64,000 bases of DNA from assembly GCF_003790525.1 (NCBI RefSeq), contig NZ_CP033635.1; one strand, written 5' to 3'. Below, piece after piece: positions 19,945 through 31,727 of this stretch. The position numbers and the translations under genes are program-made. Origin of the DNA: Escherichia coli (lineage in GTDB: Bacteria; Pseudomonadota; Gammaproteobacteria; Enterobacterales; Enterobacteriaceae). Each line of letters opens with the position of its first letter. The stretch's first letter is position 1. The notes beneath the pieces were generated by a model. It did no database searches, was not told the DNA's origin, and worked only from the letters and a program-made list of their open reading frames with translations.

Positions 19945-20265
19945 ATGAACGACAGTGAATTTCATCGCCTGGCTGATCAACTGTGGCTGACCATTGAAGA
20001 GCGTCTGGACGACTGGGATGGCGATAGCGATATCGACTGCGAAATCAACGGCGGCGTGCTGACCATTACCTTTGAAAACGGGAGCAAAATCATTATCAAC
20101 CGCCAGGAACCGCTGCACCAGGTATGGCTGGCAACCAAACAGGGCGGCTACCATTTTGATATGAAAGGCGATGAGTGGATTTGCGATCGTAGCGGCGAAA
20201 CCTTCTGGGATTTGCTGGAACAGGCGGCAACGCAGCAAGCGGGTGAAACAGTCAGTTTCCGCTAA
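19945..20265 (+). CDS. cyaY: Frataxin-like iron-sulfur cluster assembly protein CyaY
   Basis: 106-aa [36 protein letters not shown]. Confidence 0.92.
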   Translation: MNDSEFHRLADQLWLTIEERLDDWDGDSDIDCEINGGVLTITFENGSKIIINRQEPLHQVWLATKQGGYHFDMKGDEWICDRSGETFWDLLEQAATQQAGETVSFR

Positions 20266-20272
20266 GATTGCA

Positions 20273-20298
20273 TGCCGGATAAGCCTCGCTTTCCGGCA
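20273..20298. repeat. REP-like hairpin between the convergent cyaY and cyaA
   Basis: tgccgga-taagcctcgcttt-ccggca inverted repeat. Confidence 0.4.
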
Positions 20299-20304
20299 CG
20301 CTCA

Positions 20305-22851
20305 TCACGAAAAATACTGCTGTAATAGCGGCGTGTCGTGATCCTGATTGGCAGGCGGCATGTTGCCAATCGATTTGGTGCGGAACGGAATCACCTGTTC
20401 ACGACCATCAACCTTCACAATCTGATAGAACTGCGGCAGGTTGAAGTTGATGAAGCTTGAGCCGTAGGTAAAACGGTCGTGCGATGACGAGTAGAAGCGA
20501 CTGACGTCACGCACCAGCTCCTCTTTGCTGCCTTCGCAGTGGTGATACACCTCAACCCGGTTGCTTTCGTCGAGAATGTAGATATTAAAGCCATTCTCGT
20601 CTTGCGTTTCTTCGAAGAAGAACTGGATGATCCCTTCGCTGGCAAAGCCGTCCACCACCGCCGGTAATTTGACGTGATTGGTTTCAACCTGCACTGACAG
20701 GCCGTGCAGTTTGTTATGCGAAATAGCGCCATAAAACTCGATGGCATTTTCTAGTTTCTGTACCGATACATTCAGGCGTTCGAAGAATAAGCCCCAGGTT
20801 TGACCAGAAACGCGCAGCGCCTTGAAACGTCCGGTTTCCTGGCGGGTGCTGGAAAGACGCAGTTCAATGCACTCAGAAACCAGTTGCTGCACGCGAGTAC
20901 GGATTAATCCGCGCAGATGCTGGCTATAACAGAAGACTTCCACGCTATCTGGCGGTGCGGCGTCCTGATGCATTTTACCGAGAATGGTTTTCAGGGCTTC
21001 GATCATCGACTGCTCGCCGTTGAAGTGCAACGTACGCACTTCGTTCCACGAGTTGCGGTACAGCAGGTCCACGCTACCTACCAGGCAATTTTGATTCTCG
21101 CCAAAGCTGAAGACGTCCAGCTTACGGAAATCAAAATGCACCACCTGATTGCGGAACGCAGCTGTCGGGTCATATTCCAGGTTAACGATAATCGCCAGAT
21201 GGCGAATCTCACATGGGCTGTAGAGCGCTTTTGGCGTCGGTGCAGGCAGGCGCAGCGGGAAATGGTGCGACACGTCGGCGACCATCTCCTGCAACTTAGG
21301 CAAATCGACAATGCCGTTGCCTTTAATATACAAGCGGGTGCGCGAGGTCAGCAGGCCGTTAAACCATGCCCACGCCACCAGTTTATTCAGGTAACGGTTA
21401 TATTCCAGCGGCTGATGGCTGATGATCGACTCAATATTTGGCGCGCGGTTATACAGATACCAACCTGAACGGTTAGCCCGGCCCGGCGGCACATAAATAA
21501 AGGTCAGATTCGGTTCCGAGAGATCGGGCGAAATCTGCGGGTTTACCAGCGTCACTTTACCTGGCAATGCTTCAAACGCGGCGTACAGCTTACGTGTCAG
21601 CACGCCGATATCCTGCGGGCTGGCGGAGACGCTAAGGTTATTGCGGCGCGCAAAGCGGATCAGATTACGGTAGCTCTGCATCATCGCGTCGAGCAGCTCG
21701 TTGTGCGCCTCACGCACCTGATCAATCTTCCAGTTGGCGCGGTTATCGAGCATTGCCAGACGCGCATCGTCCCATTCCCACTCTTTCACTAACTGGGTTA
21801 GCACTTCACGACGCCAGCCTACGCAAGCGCGTTCGCGGCTGAGTTTTTCGCACACTTTTAAATAGAAGCAGCGGCGTACTAAATCCAGACGGGTGAAATC
21901 TTCAATCGCCGTCAGGTATTCCGTAACACGCTCCAGCATCATGCAGTATGGATCGAGGCCAAACGACACAATCTCGCCGTCGTGCAAACGCTGTTTGATA
22001 TCTTTCGCCAGCAGGCGTGGGTTGGGATATTCCCAGGAATAGGCTTCCAATAGCAGTGTTTTCAGCACCGCTTTGTATGGGGAATCGATACTCTTGTAGA
22101 GCTGCCAAAGGCTGGCACCAAAGTACTCTTCAGCAGAAAGCGAGCTTAAGCCACCAAGATCCAGCCATTCATTAGGAGTAAGCACGCCCTGCGCGTAAAG
22201 CGTCATCACATAGTCGTCGTAATGCTCTTCTTCGTCGCACGGCACCATATTCCACAGAATACGCTTACCGGCGAGACGCACGGCGGTACGATAAAATTCG
22301 TCAAGCAGCAGTATATGCTGGGTGGAGCCACAATCTTCGCCCCCCAGGCTGCCGCTTTCATTATGACGGAAGCGATTTTCATCAATCAGGAAGAAGCTGA
22401 CTTCCACACCCAGCGAGGCGGCCCAGCTTTCCAGCAGACTACATTTACGTTGTAGTAACTGGCGCTCTTCGCTATCGAGCCAGGATTGATGACAGACCCA
22501 GATATCCAGGTCAGAGGAACAACTTTGCCCTACGGACGAGGTGCTGCCCATGGTGTATACACCAGTAATTGGAAGCTCACCTTTCGGCGGATCCTGTACT
22601 GACATTCCACGATACAGTTCAAGCTCGTTCAGGTAGTGGCGTTGAGTTTCATCAGGCGTGTAAAGGCAAATGCCTTTGGGAACGTTACCATCAAGGTAAC
22701 CCGGCATTAGCGGATGGTGATAGTGCAACAATGTCGGCAGTAGACTGTAGACCTGTTGGAATGCAGGCCCCATAGCAGCAAGCGCGCGATCCACACGCAA
22801 TTGATTTATGGCATCCAGTCTCTGTTTCAGAGTCTCAATATAGAGGTACAA
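20305..22851 (-). CDS. cyaA: Class I adenylate cyclase
   Basis: 848-aa ORF ([19 protein letters not shown]...); the first codon is TTG (reverse complement of caa at 22849..22851). Confidence 0.93.
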   Translation of the reverse strand: MYLYIETLKQRLDAINQLRVDRALAAMGPAFQQVYSLLPTLLHYHHPLMPGYLDGNVPKGICLYTPDETQRHYLNELELYRGMSVQDPPKGELPITGVYTMGSTSSVGQSCSSDLDIWVCHQSWLDSEERQLLQRKCSLLESWAASLGVEVSFFLIDENRFRHNESGSLGGEDCGSTQHILLLDEFYRTAVRLAGKRILWNMVPCDEEEHYDDYVMTLYAQGVLTPNEWLDLGGLSSLSAEEYFGASLWQLYKSIDSPYKAVLKTLLLEAYSWEYPNPRLLAKDIKQRLHDGEIVSFGLDPYCMMLERVTEYLTAIEDFTRLDLVRRCFYLKVCEKLSRERACVGWRREVLTQLVKEWEWDDARLAMLDNRANWKIDQVREAHNELLDAMMQSYRNLIRFARRNNLSVSASPQDIGVLTRKLYAAFEALPGKVTLVNPQISPDLSEPNLTFIYVPPGRANRSGWYLYNRAPNIESIISHQPLEYNRYLNKLVAWAWFNGLLTSRTRLYIKGNGIVDLPKLQEMVADVSHHFPLRLPAPTPKALYSPCEIRHLAIIVNLEYDPTAAFRNQVVHFDFRKLDVFSFGENQNCLVGSVDLLYRNSWNEVRTLHFNGEQSMIEALKTILGKMHQDAAPPDSVEVFCYSQHLRGLIRTRVQQLVSECIELRLSSTRQETGRFKALRVSGQTWGLFFERLNVSVQKLENAIEFYGAISHNKLHGLSVQVETNHVKLPAVVDGFASEGIIQFFFEETQDENGFNIYILDESNRVEVYHHCEGSKEELVRDVSRFYSSSHDRFTYGSSFINFNLPQFYQIVKVDGREQVIPFRTKSIGNMPPANQDHDTPLLQQYFS

Positions 22852-23237
22852 GACGTATCGCCTGATTTGCTACCCGTCATGACTGTGATTCCGCCAACAT
22901 CAACGGTAACACGCGGCATTCGGGATATTTCGTATGTCAAAGGTAACCGTTACCACTTTTCGCGCCTGGTTTTTTTAGTTTCACGACGAAAAAATGGTCT
23001 AAAACGTGATCAATTTAACACCTTGCTGATTGACCGTAAAGAAAGATGCGCTACATACAAGTGTAGCACCGTTTATTCTCTGTAAATTCCTTATTACGAC
23101 GGCGTGAAACGCCTGTCAGGATCCACTGCCAGACCTCATTTTACGGTTTGCGCAGGCGTCTACGTTTCACCACAACACTGACATCGCTCTGGCAAGGATG
23201 TTAGGATGGACCACGGATGATAATGACGGTAACAAGC

Positions 23238-24179
23238 ATGTTAGACAATGTTTTAAGAATTGCCACACGCCAAAGCCCACTTGCACTCTGGCAGGCACAC
23301 TATGTCAAAGACAAGTTGATGGCGAGCCATCCGGGCCTGGTCGTTGAACTGGTACCGATGGTGACGCGCGGCGATGTGATTCTTGATACGCCGCTGGCGA
23401 AAGTAGGCGGAAAAGGCTTATTTGTTAAAGAGCTGGAAGTCGCGCTCCTGGAGAATCGCGCCGATATCGCCGTACATTCAATGAAAGATGTGCCGGTTGA
23501 ATTCCCGCAAGGTCTGGGGCTGGTCACCATTTGCGAGCGTGAAGATCCTCGCGATGCCTTTGTGTCCAATAACTATGAAAGTCTGGATGCGTTACCGGCA
23601 GGCAGTATCGTCGGGACGTCCAGTTTACGTCGCCAGTGCCAACTGGCTGAACGCCGCCCGGATCTGATTATCCGCTCCCTGCGCGGCAACGTCGGCACTC
23701 GCCTGAGTAAACTGGATAACGGCGAATACGATGCCATCATTCTTGCCGTAGCCGGACTAAAACGTTTAGGTCTGGAGTCCCGCATTCGCGCCGCATTGCC
23801 ACCCGAGATTTCTCTTCCGGCGGTAGGACAAGGTGCGGTGGGTATTGAATGCCGCCTTGATGATTCTCGCACTCGCGAGCTGCTTGCCGCGCTGAATCAC
23901 CACGAAACTGCACTGCGCGTTACCGCAGAACGCGCCATGAATACCCGTCTCGAAGGCGGATGTCAGGTGCCAATTGGTAGCTACGCCGAGCTTATTGATG
24001 GCGAAATCTGGCTGCGTGCGCTGGTCGGCGCGCCGGACGGTTCGCAGATTATTCGCGGTGAACGCCGCGGTGCGCCGCAAGATGCCGAACAAATGGGGAT
24101 TTCGCTGGCAGAAGAGCTACTGAATAACGGCGCGCGCGAGATCCTCGCTGAAGTCTATAACGGAGACGCCCCGGCATGA
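23238..24179 (+). CDS. hemC: Porphobilinogen deaminase (hydroxymethylbilane synthase)
   Basis: ORF 23217..24179 trimmed to [20 protein letters not shown] (313 aa). Confidence 0.92.
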   Translation: MLDNVLRIATRQSPLALWQAHYVKDKLMASHPGLVVELVPMVTRGDVILDTPLAKVGGKGLFVKELEVALLENRADIAVHSMKDVPVEFPQGLGLVTICEREDPRDAFVSNNYESLDALPAGSIVGTSSLRRQCQLAERRPDLIIRSLRGNVGTRLSKLDNGEYDAIILAVAGLKRLGLESRIRAALPPEISLPAVGQGAVGIECRLDDSRTRELLAALNHHETALRVTAERAMNTRLEGGCQVPIGSYAELIDGEIWLRALVGAPDGSQIIRGERRGAPQDAEQMGISLAEELLNNGAREILAEVYNGDAPA

Positions 24180-24916
24180 GTATCCTGGTCACCCGCCCGT
24201 CTCCCGCTGGAGAAGAGTTAGTGAGCCGTCTGCGCACACTGGGGCAGGTGGCCTGGCATTTTCCGCTGATTGAGTTTTCTCCGGGTCGACAATTACCGCA
24301 ACTTGCTGATCAACTGGCAGCGCTGGGGGAGAGCGATCTGTTGTTTGCCCTCTCGCAACACGCGGTTGCTTTTGCCCAATCACAGCTACATCAGCAAGAT
24401 CGTAAATGGCCCCGATTACCTGATTATTTCGCCATTGGACGCACCACCGCACTGGCATTACATACCGTAAGCGGACAGAAGATTCTCTACCCGCAGGATC
24501 GGGAAATCAGCGAAGTCTTGCTACAATTACCTGAATTACAAAATATTGCGGGCAAACGTGCGCTGATATTACGTGGCAATGGCGGTCGTGAGCTAATTGG
24601 GGATTCCCTGACGGCGCGCGGTGCTGAGGTCACTTTTTGTGAATGTTATCAACGATGCGCAATCCATTACGATGGTGCAGAAGAAGCGATGCGCTGGCAA
24701 TCCCGCGAGGTGACGACGGTCGTTGTTACCAGCGGTGAAATGTTGCAGCAACTCTGGTCGCTGATCCCACAATGGTATCGTGAGCACTGGTTACTACGCT
24801 GTCGACTATTGGTCGTCAGTGAGCGTTTGGCGAAACTCGCCCGGGAACTGGGCTGGCAAGACATTAAGGTCGCCGATAACGCTGACAACGATGCGCTTTT
24901 ACGGGCATTACAATAA
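24176..24916 (+). CDS. hemD: Uroporphyrinogen-III synthase
   Basis: 246-aa ORF overlapping the hemC stop by 4 nt. Confidence 0.9.
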   Translation: MSILVTRPSPAGEELVSRLRTLGQVAWHFPLIEFSPGRQLPQLADQLAALGESDLLFALSQHAVAFAQSQLHQQDRKWPRLPDYFAIGRTTALALHTVSGQKILYPQDREISEVLLQLPELQNIAGKRALILRGNGGRELIGDSLTARGAEVTFCECYQRCAIHYDGAEEAMRWQSREVTTVVVTSGEMLQQLWSLIPQWYREHWLLRCRLLVVSERLAKLARELGWQDIKVADNADNDALLRALQ

Positions 24917-24937
24917 CTCTCATAACAGGAAGCCATA

Positions 24938-26131
24938 ATGACGGAACAAGAAAAAACCTCCGCCGTGGTTGAAGAGACCAGGGAGGCCGTGGACACCACG
25001 TCACAACCTGTCGCAACAGAAAAAAAGAGTAAGAACAATACCGCATTGATTCTCAGCGCGGTGGCTATCGCTATTGCTCTGGCGGCGGGCGTCGGTTTGT
25101 ATGGCTGGGGTAAACAACAGGCCGTCAATCAGACTGCCACCAGCGATGCCCTGGCTAACCAACTTACTGCACTGCAAAAAGCCCAGGAGAGCCAAAAAGC
25201 CGAGCTGGAAGGCATTATCAAGCAACAAGCTGTACAGCTTGAGCAGGCGAATCGTCAGCAAGAAACGCTGGCAAAACAGCTGGATGAAGTCCAACAAAAG
25301 GTCGCCACCATTTCCGGCAGCGATGCTAAAACCTGGCTGCTGGCTCAGGCTGATTTCCTGGTGAAACTCGCCGGACGGAAGCTGTGGAGCGATCAGGACG
25401 TCACGACCGCTGCAGCGTTGCTGAAAAGTGCAGACGCCAGCCTGGCGGATATGAATGACCCGAGTCTGATTACCGTTCGCCGGGCAATTACCGATGATAT
25501 CGCCAGCCTTTCTGCGGTATCGCAGGTGGATTATGACGGCATTATCCTTAAGCTTAATCAGCTTTCAAATCAGGTAGATAACCTGCGTCTTGCTGATAAT
25601 GATAGCGATGGTTCGCCGATGGATTCCGACGGTGAAGAGCTTTCCAGTTCCATCAGCGAATGGCGTATCAATCTGCAAAAAAGCTGGCAGAACTTTATGG
25701 ACAACTTCATTACGATTCGCCGTCGTGATGACACCGCCGTACCGCTGTTAGCGCCAAATCAGGATATCTATCTGCGCGAAAATATTCGCTCTCGCCTGCT
25801 GGTCGCAGCACAAGCTGTACCGCGTCACCAGGAAGAGACTTATCGCCAGGCGCTGGAGAACGTCTCCACCTGGGTACGTGCTTACTACGATACTGATGAT
25901 GCCACCACCAAAGCGTTCCTCGACGAGGTGGACCAGTTAAGCCAGCAAAATATCTCGATGGATCTTCCGGAAACCCTGCAAAGCCAGGCGATGCTGGAAA
26001 AATTGATGCAGACCCGCGTGCGTAACCTGCTGGCACAACCGGCAGCAGGGACAACGGAAGCTAAACCTGCACCTGCACCTGCACCTGCACCGCAAGCTGA
26101 TACTCCGGCAGCCGCGCCGCAAGGAGAATAA
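24938..26131 (+). CDS. hemX: HemX (uroporphyrinogen-III C-methyltransferase homologue; membrane protein)
   Basis: 397-aa ORF with one TM segment, coiled-coil Q/A-rich region and a C-terminal PAPAPAPAP tract. Confidence 0.9.
   Translation: MTEQEKTSAVVEETREAVDTTSQPVATEKKSKNNTALILSAVAIAIALAAGVGLYGWGKQQAVNQTATSDALANQLTALQKAQESQKAELEGIIKQQAVQLEQANRQQETLAKQLDEVQQKVATISGSDAKTWLLAQADFLVKLAGRKLWSDQDVTTAAALLKSADASLADMNDPSLITVRRAITDDIASLSAVSQVDYDGIILKLNQLSNQVDNLRLADNDSDGSPMDSDGEELSSSISEWRINLQKSWQNFMDNFITIRRRDDTAVPLLAPNQDIYLRENIRSRLLVAAQAVPRHQEETYRQALENVSTWVRAYYDTDDATTKAFLDEVDQLSQQNISMDLPETLQSQAMLEKLMQTRVRNLLAQPAAGTTEAKPAPAPAPAPQADTPAAAPQGE
26066..26089 (+). repeat. Tandem hexanucleotide repeat (cctgca)x4 inside hemX, encoding (PA)n
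   Basis: cctgcacctgcacctgcacctgca read directly. Confidence 0.8.
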
Positions 26132-26133
26132 CC

Positions 26134-27330
26134 ATGCTAAAAGTGTTATTGCTCTTTGTTTTGCTGATTGCGGGGATCGTGGTTGGCCCGATGATTGCCG
26201 GTCATCAGGGGTACGTATTGATTCAGACCGACAACTACAATATCGAAACCAGCGTCACTGGCCTCGCGATTATTTTGATTCTGGCGATGGTAGTGCTGTT
26301 TGCCATTGAGTGGCTACTGCGGCGGATCTTCCGCACAGGCGCGCACACCCGTGGGTGGTTTGTCGGACGTAAGCGTCGCCGTGCCCGTAAGCAGACCGAA
26401 CAGGCGCTGCTGAAACTAGCGGAAGGCGATTATCAGCAAGTTGAAAAGCTGATGGCGAAAAATGCCGATCACGCTGAACAACCGGTGGTGAACTATCTGC
26501 TGGCTGCCGAAGCCGCGCAACAACGCGGTGATGAAGCACGCGCCAACCAACATCTGGAACGCGCAGCGGAGCTGGCCGGCAACGACACAATTCCGGTAGA
26601 AATCACCCGTGTACGTCTGCAACTGGCCCGTAATGAAAACCATGCTGCACGCCACGGCGTGGATAAGCTGCTGGAAGTTACGCCACGCCATCCGGAAGTA
26701 TTACGTCTGGCGGAACAGGCGTATATCCGCACTGGTGCATGGAGTTCGCTGCTGGATATCATCCCATCAATGGCGAAAGCCCACGTTGGCGATGAAGAAC
26801 ATCGTGCAATGCTGGAACAACAGGCATGGATTGGCCTGATGGATCAGGCGCGTGCCGATAACGGTAGCGAAGGTTTGCGTAACTGGTGGAAAAACCAAAG
26901 CCGGAAAACGCGTCATCAGGTGGCGTTACAGGTGGCAATGGCGGAACACCTTATTGAGTGTGATGACCATGACACCGCCCAGCAAATTATCATCGACGGC
27001 CTGAAACGCCAGTATGACGATCGCCTGCTGCTGCCGATCCCGCGTCTGAAAACCAATAACCCGGAACAGCTGGAAAAAGTGCTGCGCCAACAGATCAAAA
27101 ACGTGGGCGATCGCCCGTTGTTGTGGAGCACACTGGGTCAGTCGCTGATGAAGCACGGCGAATGGCAGGAAGCATCGCTCGCCTTCCGCGCGGCGCTGAA
27201 ACAACGTCCGGACGCCTACGATTACGCATGGCTTGCCGACGCGCTGGACAGACTGCACAAACCGGAAGAAGCCGCAGCGATGCGTCGCGATGGCTTGATG
27301 CTGACCTTACAGAATAACCCGTCACAGTAG
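26134..27330 (+). CDS. hemY: HemY (TPR-containing membrane protein of the hem operon)
   Basis: 398-aa ORF with two N-terminal TM segments, 2 nt after the hemX stop. Confidence 0.9.
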   Translation: MLKVLLLFVLLIAGIVVGPMIAGHQGYVLIQTDNYNIETSVTGLAIILILAMVVLFAIEWLLRRIFRTGAHTRGWFVGRKRRRARKQTEQALLKLAEGDYQQVEKLMAKNADHAEQPVVNYLLAAEAAQQRGDEARANQHLERAAELAGNDTIPVEITRVRLQLARNENHAARHGVDKLLEVTPRHPEVLRLAEQAYIRTGAWSSLLDIIPSMAKAHVGDEEHRAMLEQQAWIGLMDQARADNGSEGLRNWWKNQSRKTRHQVALQVAMAEHLIECDDHDTAQQIIIDGLKRQYDDRLLLPIPRLKTNNPEQLEKVLRQQIKNVGDRPLLWSTLGQSLMKHGEWQEASLAFRAALKQRPDAYDYAWLADALDRLHKPEEAAAMRRDGLMLTLQNNPSQ

Positions 27331-27377
27331 TTCTTTCTCACCCGGAGGCAAGCACCTCCGGGACCTTTCTGATACAT

Positions 27378-27584
27378 AAAAAAACGCCTGCTCTTATTAC
27401 GGAGCAGGCGTTAAAACAGGTCTGTATGACAACAAGTGGGTGCTTCACTCAACGTTGTGTCCATGGTGTCTGATGAGGCATAAGCGACATCTGTCAGTGG
27501 ACGATAAGCACCGTAAACGGCTCTGCGTCATTCCGGAGTTTATGAGGCACTAAGGCGAACATAAGAGATGGAATGAGCATCTAC
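27378..27584 (-). ncRNA. glmZ: Small RNA GlmZ (activator of glmS translation)
   Basis: Minus strand begins GTAGATGCTCATTCCATCTCTTATGTTCGCC and ends with the hairpin AACGCCTGCTCCGTAATAAGAGCAGGCGTTTTTTT, matching the GlmZ sequence as I recall it; located between hemY and aslA. Confidence 0.85.
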
Positions 27585-27993
27585 TCGTTTATTATGCCAC
27601 AGAGAACCGGGAAATAACATCCCTTAACACTTGTTATGAGATAATTCTGTAATCCTCTTTGCTTCCTGAGTGAATATTTCTCCTGCGCACGATTCTACAC
27701 ATATATATAATGAATAATAAAATTCATTCAATTAATAACATATATATTAATTGCCGTTAAAACTAAAAACAGCATCAATAATCAACGCGATATAACATCA
27801 CCGCCTTACATATCACCTGCGCCAGAGGTAGGATTGAAAACGCTCTCCTGATTTTCCAATTCATTTTCTGGATAAATAAATAATTTATTTTTATCACTAT
27901 TATTTATGCAATCATCCTGTCAGGGAGAGGGATCTCAATTATCAATGCTTAATTACGTCAACATTTTGACGACATGAAACCGGAGCATTTTGC

Positions 27994-29649
27994 ATGGAAT
28001 TTTCGTTTTCACCCAAACTTCTTGTTGTAGCTGTCGCCGCCGCTCTTCCACTCATGGCCAACGCAGCAGATACCCCGTCAACCGCCACCGCACGCAAAGG
28101 CTTTGCCGGATACGATCACCCAAACCAGTATCTGGTTAAACCGGCGACCACTATTGCCGACAACATGATGCCGGTGATGCAGCATCCTGCACAAGACAAA
28201 GAAACCCAGCAGAAGCTGGCAGAACTTGAGAAAAAAACCGGTAAGAAACCGAACGTGGTTGTTTTCTTGCTGGATGATGTGGGCTGGATGGATGTTGGCT
28301 TTAACGGCGGCGGCGTGGCGGTGGGTAACCCTACACCAGATATCGACGCCGTTGCCAGCCAGGGGCTGATTTTAACTTCGGCGTATTCTCAACCGAGTTC
28401 TTCCCCAACCCGCGCCACGATTCTTACCGGACAATACTCCATCCACCACGGCATTCTGATGCCGCCAATGTACGGGCAACCGGGCGGTCTGCAAGGGTTA
28501 ACCACTCTGCCGCAGTTGCTGCACGATCAGGGCTACGTCACTCAGGCCATCGGGAAATGGCATATGGGGGAAAACAAAGAGTCGCAGCCGCAGAACGTTG
28601 GCTTTGATGATTTCCGCGGCTTTAACTCGGTATCCGATATGTATACCGAATGGCGTGATGTTCACGTCAACCCGGAAGTCGCCCTGAGCCCGGATCGTTC
28701 TGAATACATCCAAAAACTGCCGTTCAGCAAAGATGACGTTCATGCCGTGCGCGGCGGTGAACAGGAAGCCATTGCCGACATTACGCCGAAATATATGGAA
28801 GACCTGGATCAACGCTGGATGGAATATGGCGTTAAGTTCCTCGACAAGATGGCGAAGAGCGATAAGCCTTTCTTCCTCTACTACTGCACTCGCGGCTGTC
28901 ACTTCGATAACTACCCAAATGCGAAATATGCGGGTAGCTCTCCGGCGCGCACCTCTTACGGCGACTGCATGGTGGAGATGAACGATATCTTCGCCAATCT
29001 GTATAAAGCACTGGAGAAAAACGGTCAGCTTGATAACACGCTGATTGTGTTCACCTCTGATAACGGTCCGGAAGCCGAAGTTCCGCCGCACGGTCGCACG
29101 CCGTTCCGCGGTGCGAAAGGTTCTACATGGGAAGGCGGCGTTCGTGTGCCAACCTTCGTTTACTGGAAAGGCATGATCCAACCGCGTAAATCTGACGGCA
29201 TTGTCGATCTGGCGGATCTCTTCCCTACGGCGCTGGATCTGGCGGGGCATCCTGGGGCGAAGGTAGCGAATTTAGTACCGAAAACCACCTTTATCGATGG
29301 TGTGGACCAGACATCTTTCTTCCTGGGAACAAATGGTCAGTCTAACCGTAAGGCCGAGCACTACTTCCTCAACGGTAAACTTTCTGCTGTGCGTATGGAT
29401 GAGTTCAAGTATCACGTCCTGATCCAGCAACCGTACGCGTATACCCAGAGCGGGTATCAGGGTGGATTCACCGGCACAGTAATGCAAACGGCGGGATCGT
29501 CGGTGTTTAACCTGTACACCGATCCGCAGGAAAGCGACTCCATCGGCGTGCGCCATATTCCGATGGGTGTACCGCTACAGACCGAAATGCACGCGTATAT
29601 GGAGATCCTGAAAAAATATCCACCACGCGCGCAGATTAAATCTGACTAA
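27994..29649 (+). CDS. aslA: Arylsulfatase-family protein AslA
   Basis: 551-aa ORF with signal peptide and a sulfatase-type CxPxR-like motif ([11 protein letters not shown]). Confidence 0.9.
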   Translation: MEFSFSPKLLVVAVAAALPLMANAADTPSTATARKGFAGYDHPNQYLVKPATTIADNMMPVMQHPAQDKETQQKLAELEKKTGKKPNVVVFLLDDVGWMDVGFNGGGVAVGNPTPDIDAVASQGLILTSAYSQPSSSPTRATILTGQYSIHHGILMPPMYGQPGGLQGLTTLPQLLHDQGYVTQAIGKWHMGENKESQPQNVGFDDFRGFNSVSDMYTEWRDVHVNPEVALSPDRSEYIQKLPFSKDDVHAVRGGEQEAIADITPKYMEDLDQRWMEYGVKFLDKMAKSDKPFFLYYCTRGCHFDNYPNAKYAGSSPARTSYGDCMVEMNDIFANLYKALEKNGQLDNTLIVFTSDNGPEAEVPPHGRTPFRGAKGSTWEGGVRVPTFVYWKGMIQPRKSDGIVDLADLFPTALDLAGHPGAKVANLVPKTTFIDGVDQTSFFLGTNGQSNRKAEHYFLNGKLSAVRMDEFKYHVLIQQPYAYTQSGYQGGFTGTVMQTAGSSVFNLYTDPQESDSIGVRHIPMGVPLQTEMHAYMEILKKYPPRAQIKSD

Positions 29650-29677
29650 GCCGGCGCTATCGCTGAGATCTGCCTTT

Positions 29678-29781
29678 GCCGGATGCGATGCTGACGCATC
29701 TTATCCAGCCTACAGAACGCTGCAATTTATTGAATTTGCAAGGATTGTAGGCCGGATAAGGCGTTCACGCCGCATCCGGCA
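29678..29781. repeat. BIME: two inverted REP units between aslA and aslB
   Basis: gccggatgcgatgctgacgcatcttatccagcctac and gtaggccggataaggcgttcacgccgcatccggca. Confidence 0.6.
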
Positions 29782-29806
29782 ATCAACCGCAGGCGGCCGC
29801 CGATTT

Positions 29807-31042
29807 CTACTTATTCACCACCATCAAATGCGCCTGCATAATGTCGCTGGCCGGACGACCGTGCGCCAGCAAATCAGCCATTGCTTTAAGATATGGCGGT
29901 AGATGGCGGAAATAACGCTGATACCCGGCACACAAATAATTCAGCCCCGGTTTGCCGCTGGCATCGAGCATAAAGCGGTGTTTCGGGCAGCCTCCCCAAC
30001 ATGCTTTTAACACGTTACAACTGCGACACTGCGCTGGTAACTGCTTAAATTTATCTTCACCAAACACCTGCTGTTGCGGGGAATCTACCATTTCTGCAAT
30101 TGTCTGCTGAAGCATATTCCCCAGTCGATATTGCGAATAAACATAGTGATCGCAGGCGTAAACGTCGCCGTTGTGTTCAACAATCACCGAGCGCCCACAG
30201 GTTGGCTGATGATGGCAAACCGCTCCTGGCGCACCGACAAAATTGGCAAACGCCCATTCGATATTCATCACGAAAATCTTGCCGACGTCGCGTTTGATCC
30301 AGTGGTCGAATATCGCCACCAAAAATTCACCGAACTCATCGGGGCGTACCGACCATTCCGTCAGTTCGCCCTGAATATCGCCGGGAGCATGTAGCTTAAG
30401 TCCAGCATGAACAGCCGTTTCATCAGCCAGGCGTTCGACCACAGGAATAAACTGGATAAACTCAACGCCTGCATCACACAGAAAATCATAGACTTGCAAA
30501 GGTTGTAACGCACTGGTGCGATTTACGCAGACCAGCACGTTATAGTTGACATGATGTTTTTGCAGGAGCGTCAGGGCACGCATCACCAGCTTATGCGTTG
30601 GTCTGCCGCCTTTGGTCACGCGATATTGATTGTGGATCTCAGCCGGACCATCCAGCGATAACCCAACAAGAAAATGATTTTCTGCCAGAAATGCACACCA
30701 TTCGTCATCAAGCAGAACGCCGTTAGTCTGGAAGCTGTTACTTATCTTCCTGCCAGCACCATATTTCGCCTGTAGCGCCACGGCACGGCGGTAAAAATCC
30801 AGCCCGAGTAACGTTGGTTCGCCACCCTGCCAGGTAAAAGCCACTTCGTTTTGGGTTTCGCTGGCAGCGATATAGTGACGGACATACGCTTCCAGCGTGT
30901 CATCGTCCATATGCGTGACTGGCTTTTCGCGGTAAAGGGATTGTTTTTCGAGATAAAAACAGTAGTCACAGTTCAGATTACAATCGGAACCGCTCGGTTT
31001 CGCCATCACATGAAAAGCACGCGTTGGAACCTGTTGCAGCAT
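29807..31042 (-). CDS. aslB: Radical-SAM anaerobic sulfatase-maturating enzyme homologue AslB
   Basis: ORF 29807..31072 trimmed to MLQQVPTRAFHVMAKPSGSDCNLNCDYCFY (CxxxCxxC radical-SAM motif). Confidence 0.88.
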   Translation of the reverse strand: MLQQVPTRAFHVMAKPSGSDCNLNCDYCFYLEKQSLYREKPVTHMDDDTLEAYVRHYIAASETQNEVAFTWQGGEPTLLGLDFYRRAVALQAKYGAGRKISNSFQTNGVLLDDEWCAFLAENHFLVGLSLDGPAEIHNQYRVTKGGRPTHKLVMRALTLLQKHHVNYNVLVCVNRTSALQPLQVYDFLCDAGVEFIQFIPVVERLADETAVHAGLKLHAPGDIQGELTEWSVRPDEFGEFLVAIFDHWIKRDVGKIFVMNIEWAFANFVGAPGAVCHHQPTCGRSVIVEHNGDVYACDHYVYSQYRLGNMLQQTIAEMVDSPQQQVFGEDKFKQLPAQCRSCNVLKACWGGCPKHRFMLDASGKPGLNYLCAGYQRYFRHLPPYLKAMADLLAHGRPASDIMQAHLMVVNK

Positions 31043-31153
31043 GGTCGCTCCTTGCCTGAAGTCATCCTTCAATAAGTTAAGGGCGAAATCATACCGTGGC
31101 GCAATGCGTTATTACGGGCGTTTATTGCGAAGGGAAAGTGACGAAATGCACAG

Positions 31154-31180
31154 AAAACAAAAAACCCCGCCGAAGCGGGG
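31154..31180 (-). terminator. Rho-independent terminator of the tRNA operon
   Basis: Minus strand: ccccgcttcggcgggg hairpin followed by TTTTTTGTTTT, just 3' of tRNA-Pro. Confidence 0.7.
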
Positions 31181-31188
31181 TTCAAAAT

Positions 31189-31265
31189 TGGTCGGCGAGA
31201 GAGGATTCGAACCTCCGACCCACTGGTCCCAAACCAGTTGCGCTACCAAGCTGCGCTACTCGCCG
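31189..31265 (-). tRNA. proM: tRNA-Pro (anticodon UGG)
   Basis: Minus strand CGGCGAGTAGCGCAGCTTGGTAGCGCAACTGGTTTGGGACCAGTGGGTCGGAGGTTCGAATCCTCTCTCGCCGACCA; cloverleaf with anticodon TGG and encoded CCA. Confidence 0.95.
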
Positions 31266-31307
31266 AAATACTGCTTTTTGAATTTTTAGTTCAATTCTTT
31301 AAAGTCG

Positions 31308-31394
31308 TGGTGCGAGGGGGGGGACTTGAACCCCCACGTCCGTAAGGACACTAACACCTGAAGCTAGCGCGTCTACCAATTCCGCCACCTTCGC
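31308..31394 (-). tRNA. leuT: tRNA-Leu (anticodon CAG)
   Basis: Minus strand GCGAAGGTGGCGGAATTGGTAGACGCGCTAGCTTCAGGTGTTAG...CTCGCACCA; long variable arm, anticodon CAG. Confidence 0.95.
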
Positions 31395-31414
31395 ATTGTC
31401 ACAACTTCTAATAA

Positions 31415-31491
31415 TGGGGTGGCTAATGGGATTCGAACCCACGACAACTGGAATCACAATCCAGGGCTCTACCAACTGAGCTATAGCCACC
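31415..31491 (-). tRNA. hisR: tRNA-His (anticodon GUG)
   Basis: Minus strand GGTGGCTATAGCTCAGTTGGTAGAGCCCTGGATTGTGATTCCAG...GCCACCCCA; includes the extra 5' G typical of tRNA-His. Confidence 0.95.
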
Positions 31492-31548
31492 ACTACAAAT
31501 CTTGTTACGCGGTATTACTACCACCGCAGCTCAAGCGCCGGGACTAAA

Positions 31549-31625
<77 letters not shown>

Positions 31626-31727
31626 TTAGCGCCGTTGCGGGGGTGGATAATACGGACTTCCCACCCCTCTGTCTAGTCCCTTTTTAAATAAATTGCGCGT
31701 TTGGTTACGGTTTGTGCGTTTTGCTGC

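Noticed and set aside
22756-23085. 109-aa plus-strand ORF in the cyaA-hemC divergent region
   Set aside because: It begins inside the cyaA 5' coding end and crosses a promoter region; no RBS; likely spurious.
31041-31500. ORFs of 61 to 82 aa overlapping the tRNA genes, and a possible genomic island at the tRNA locus
   Set aside because: The ORFs are read through tRNA genes and a terminator. The tRNA operon is flanked directly by the core genes aslB and yifK, with no integrase, direct repeat of a tRNA 3' end, or AT-rich cargo, so no island is present here.
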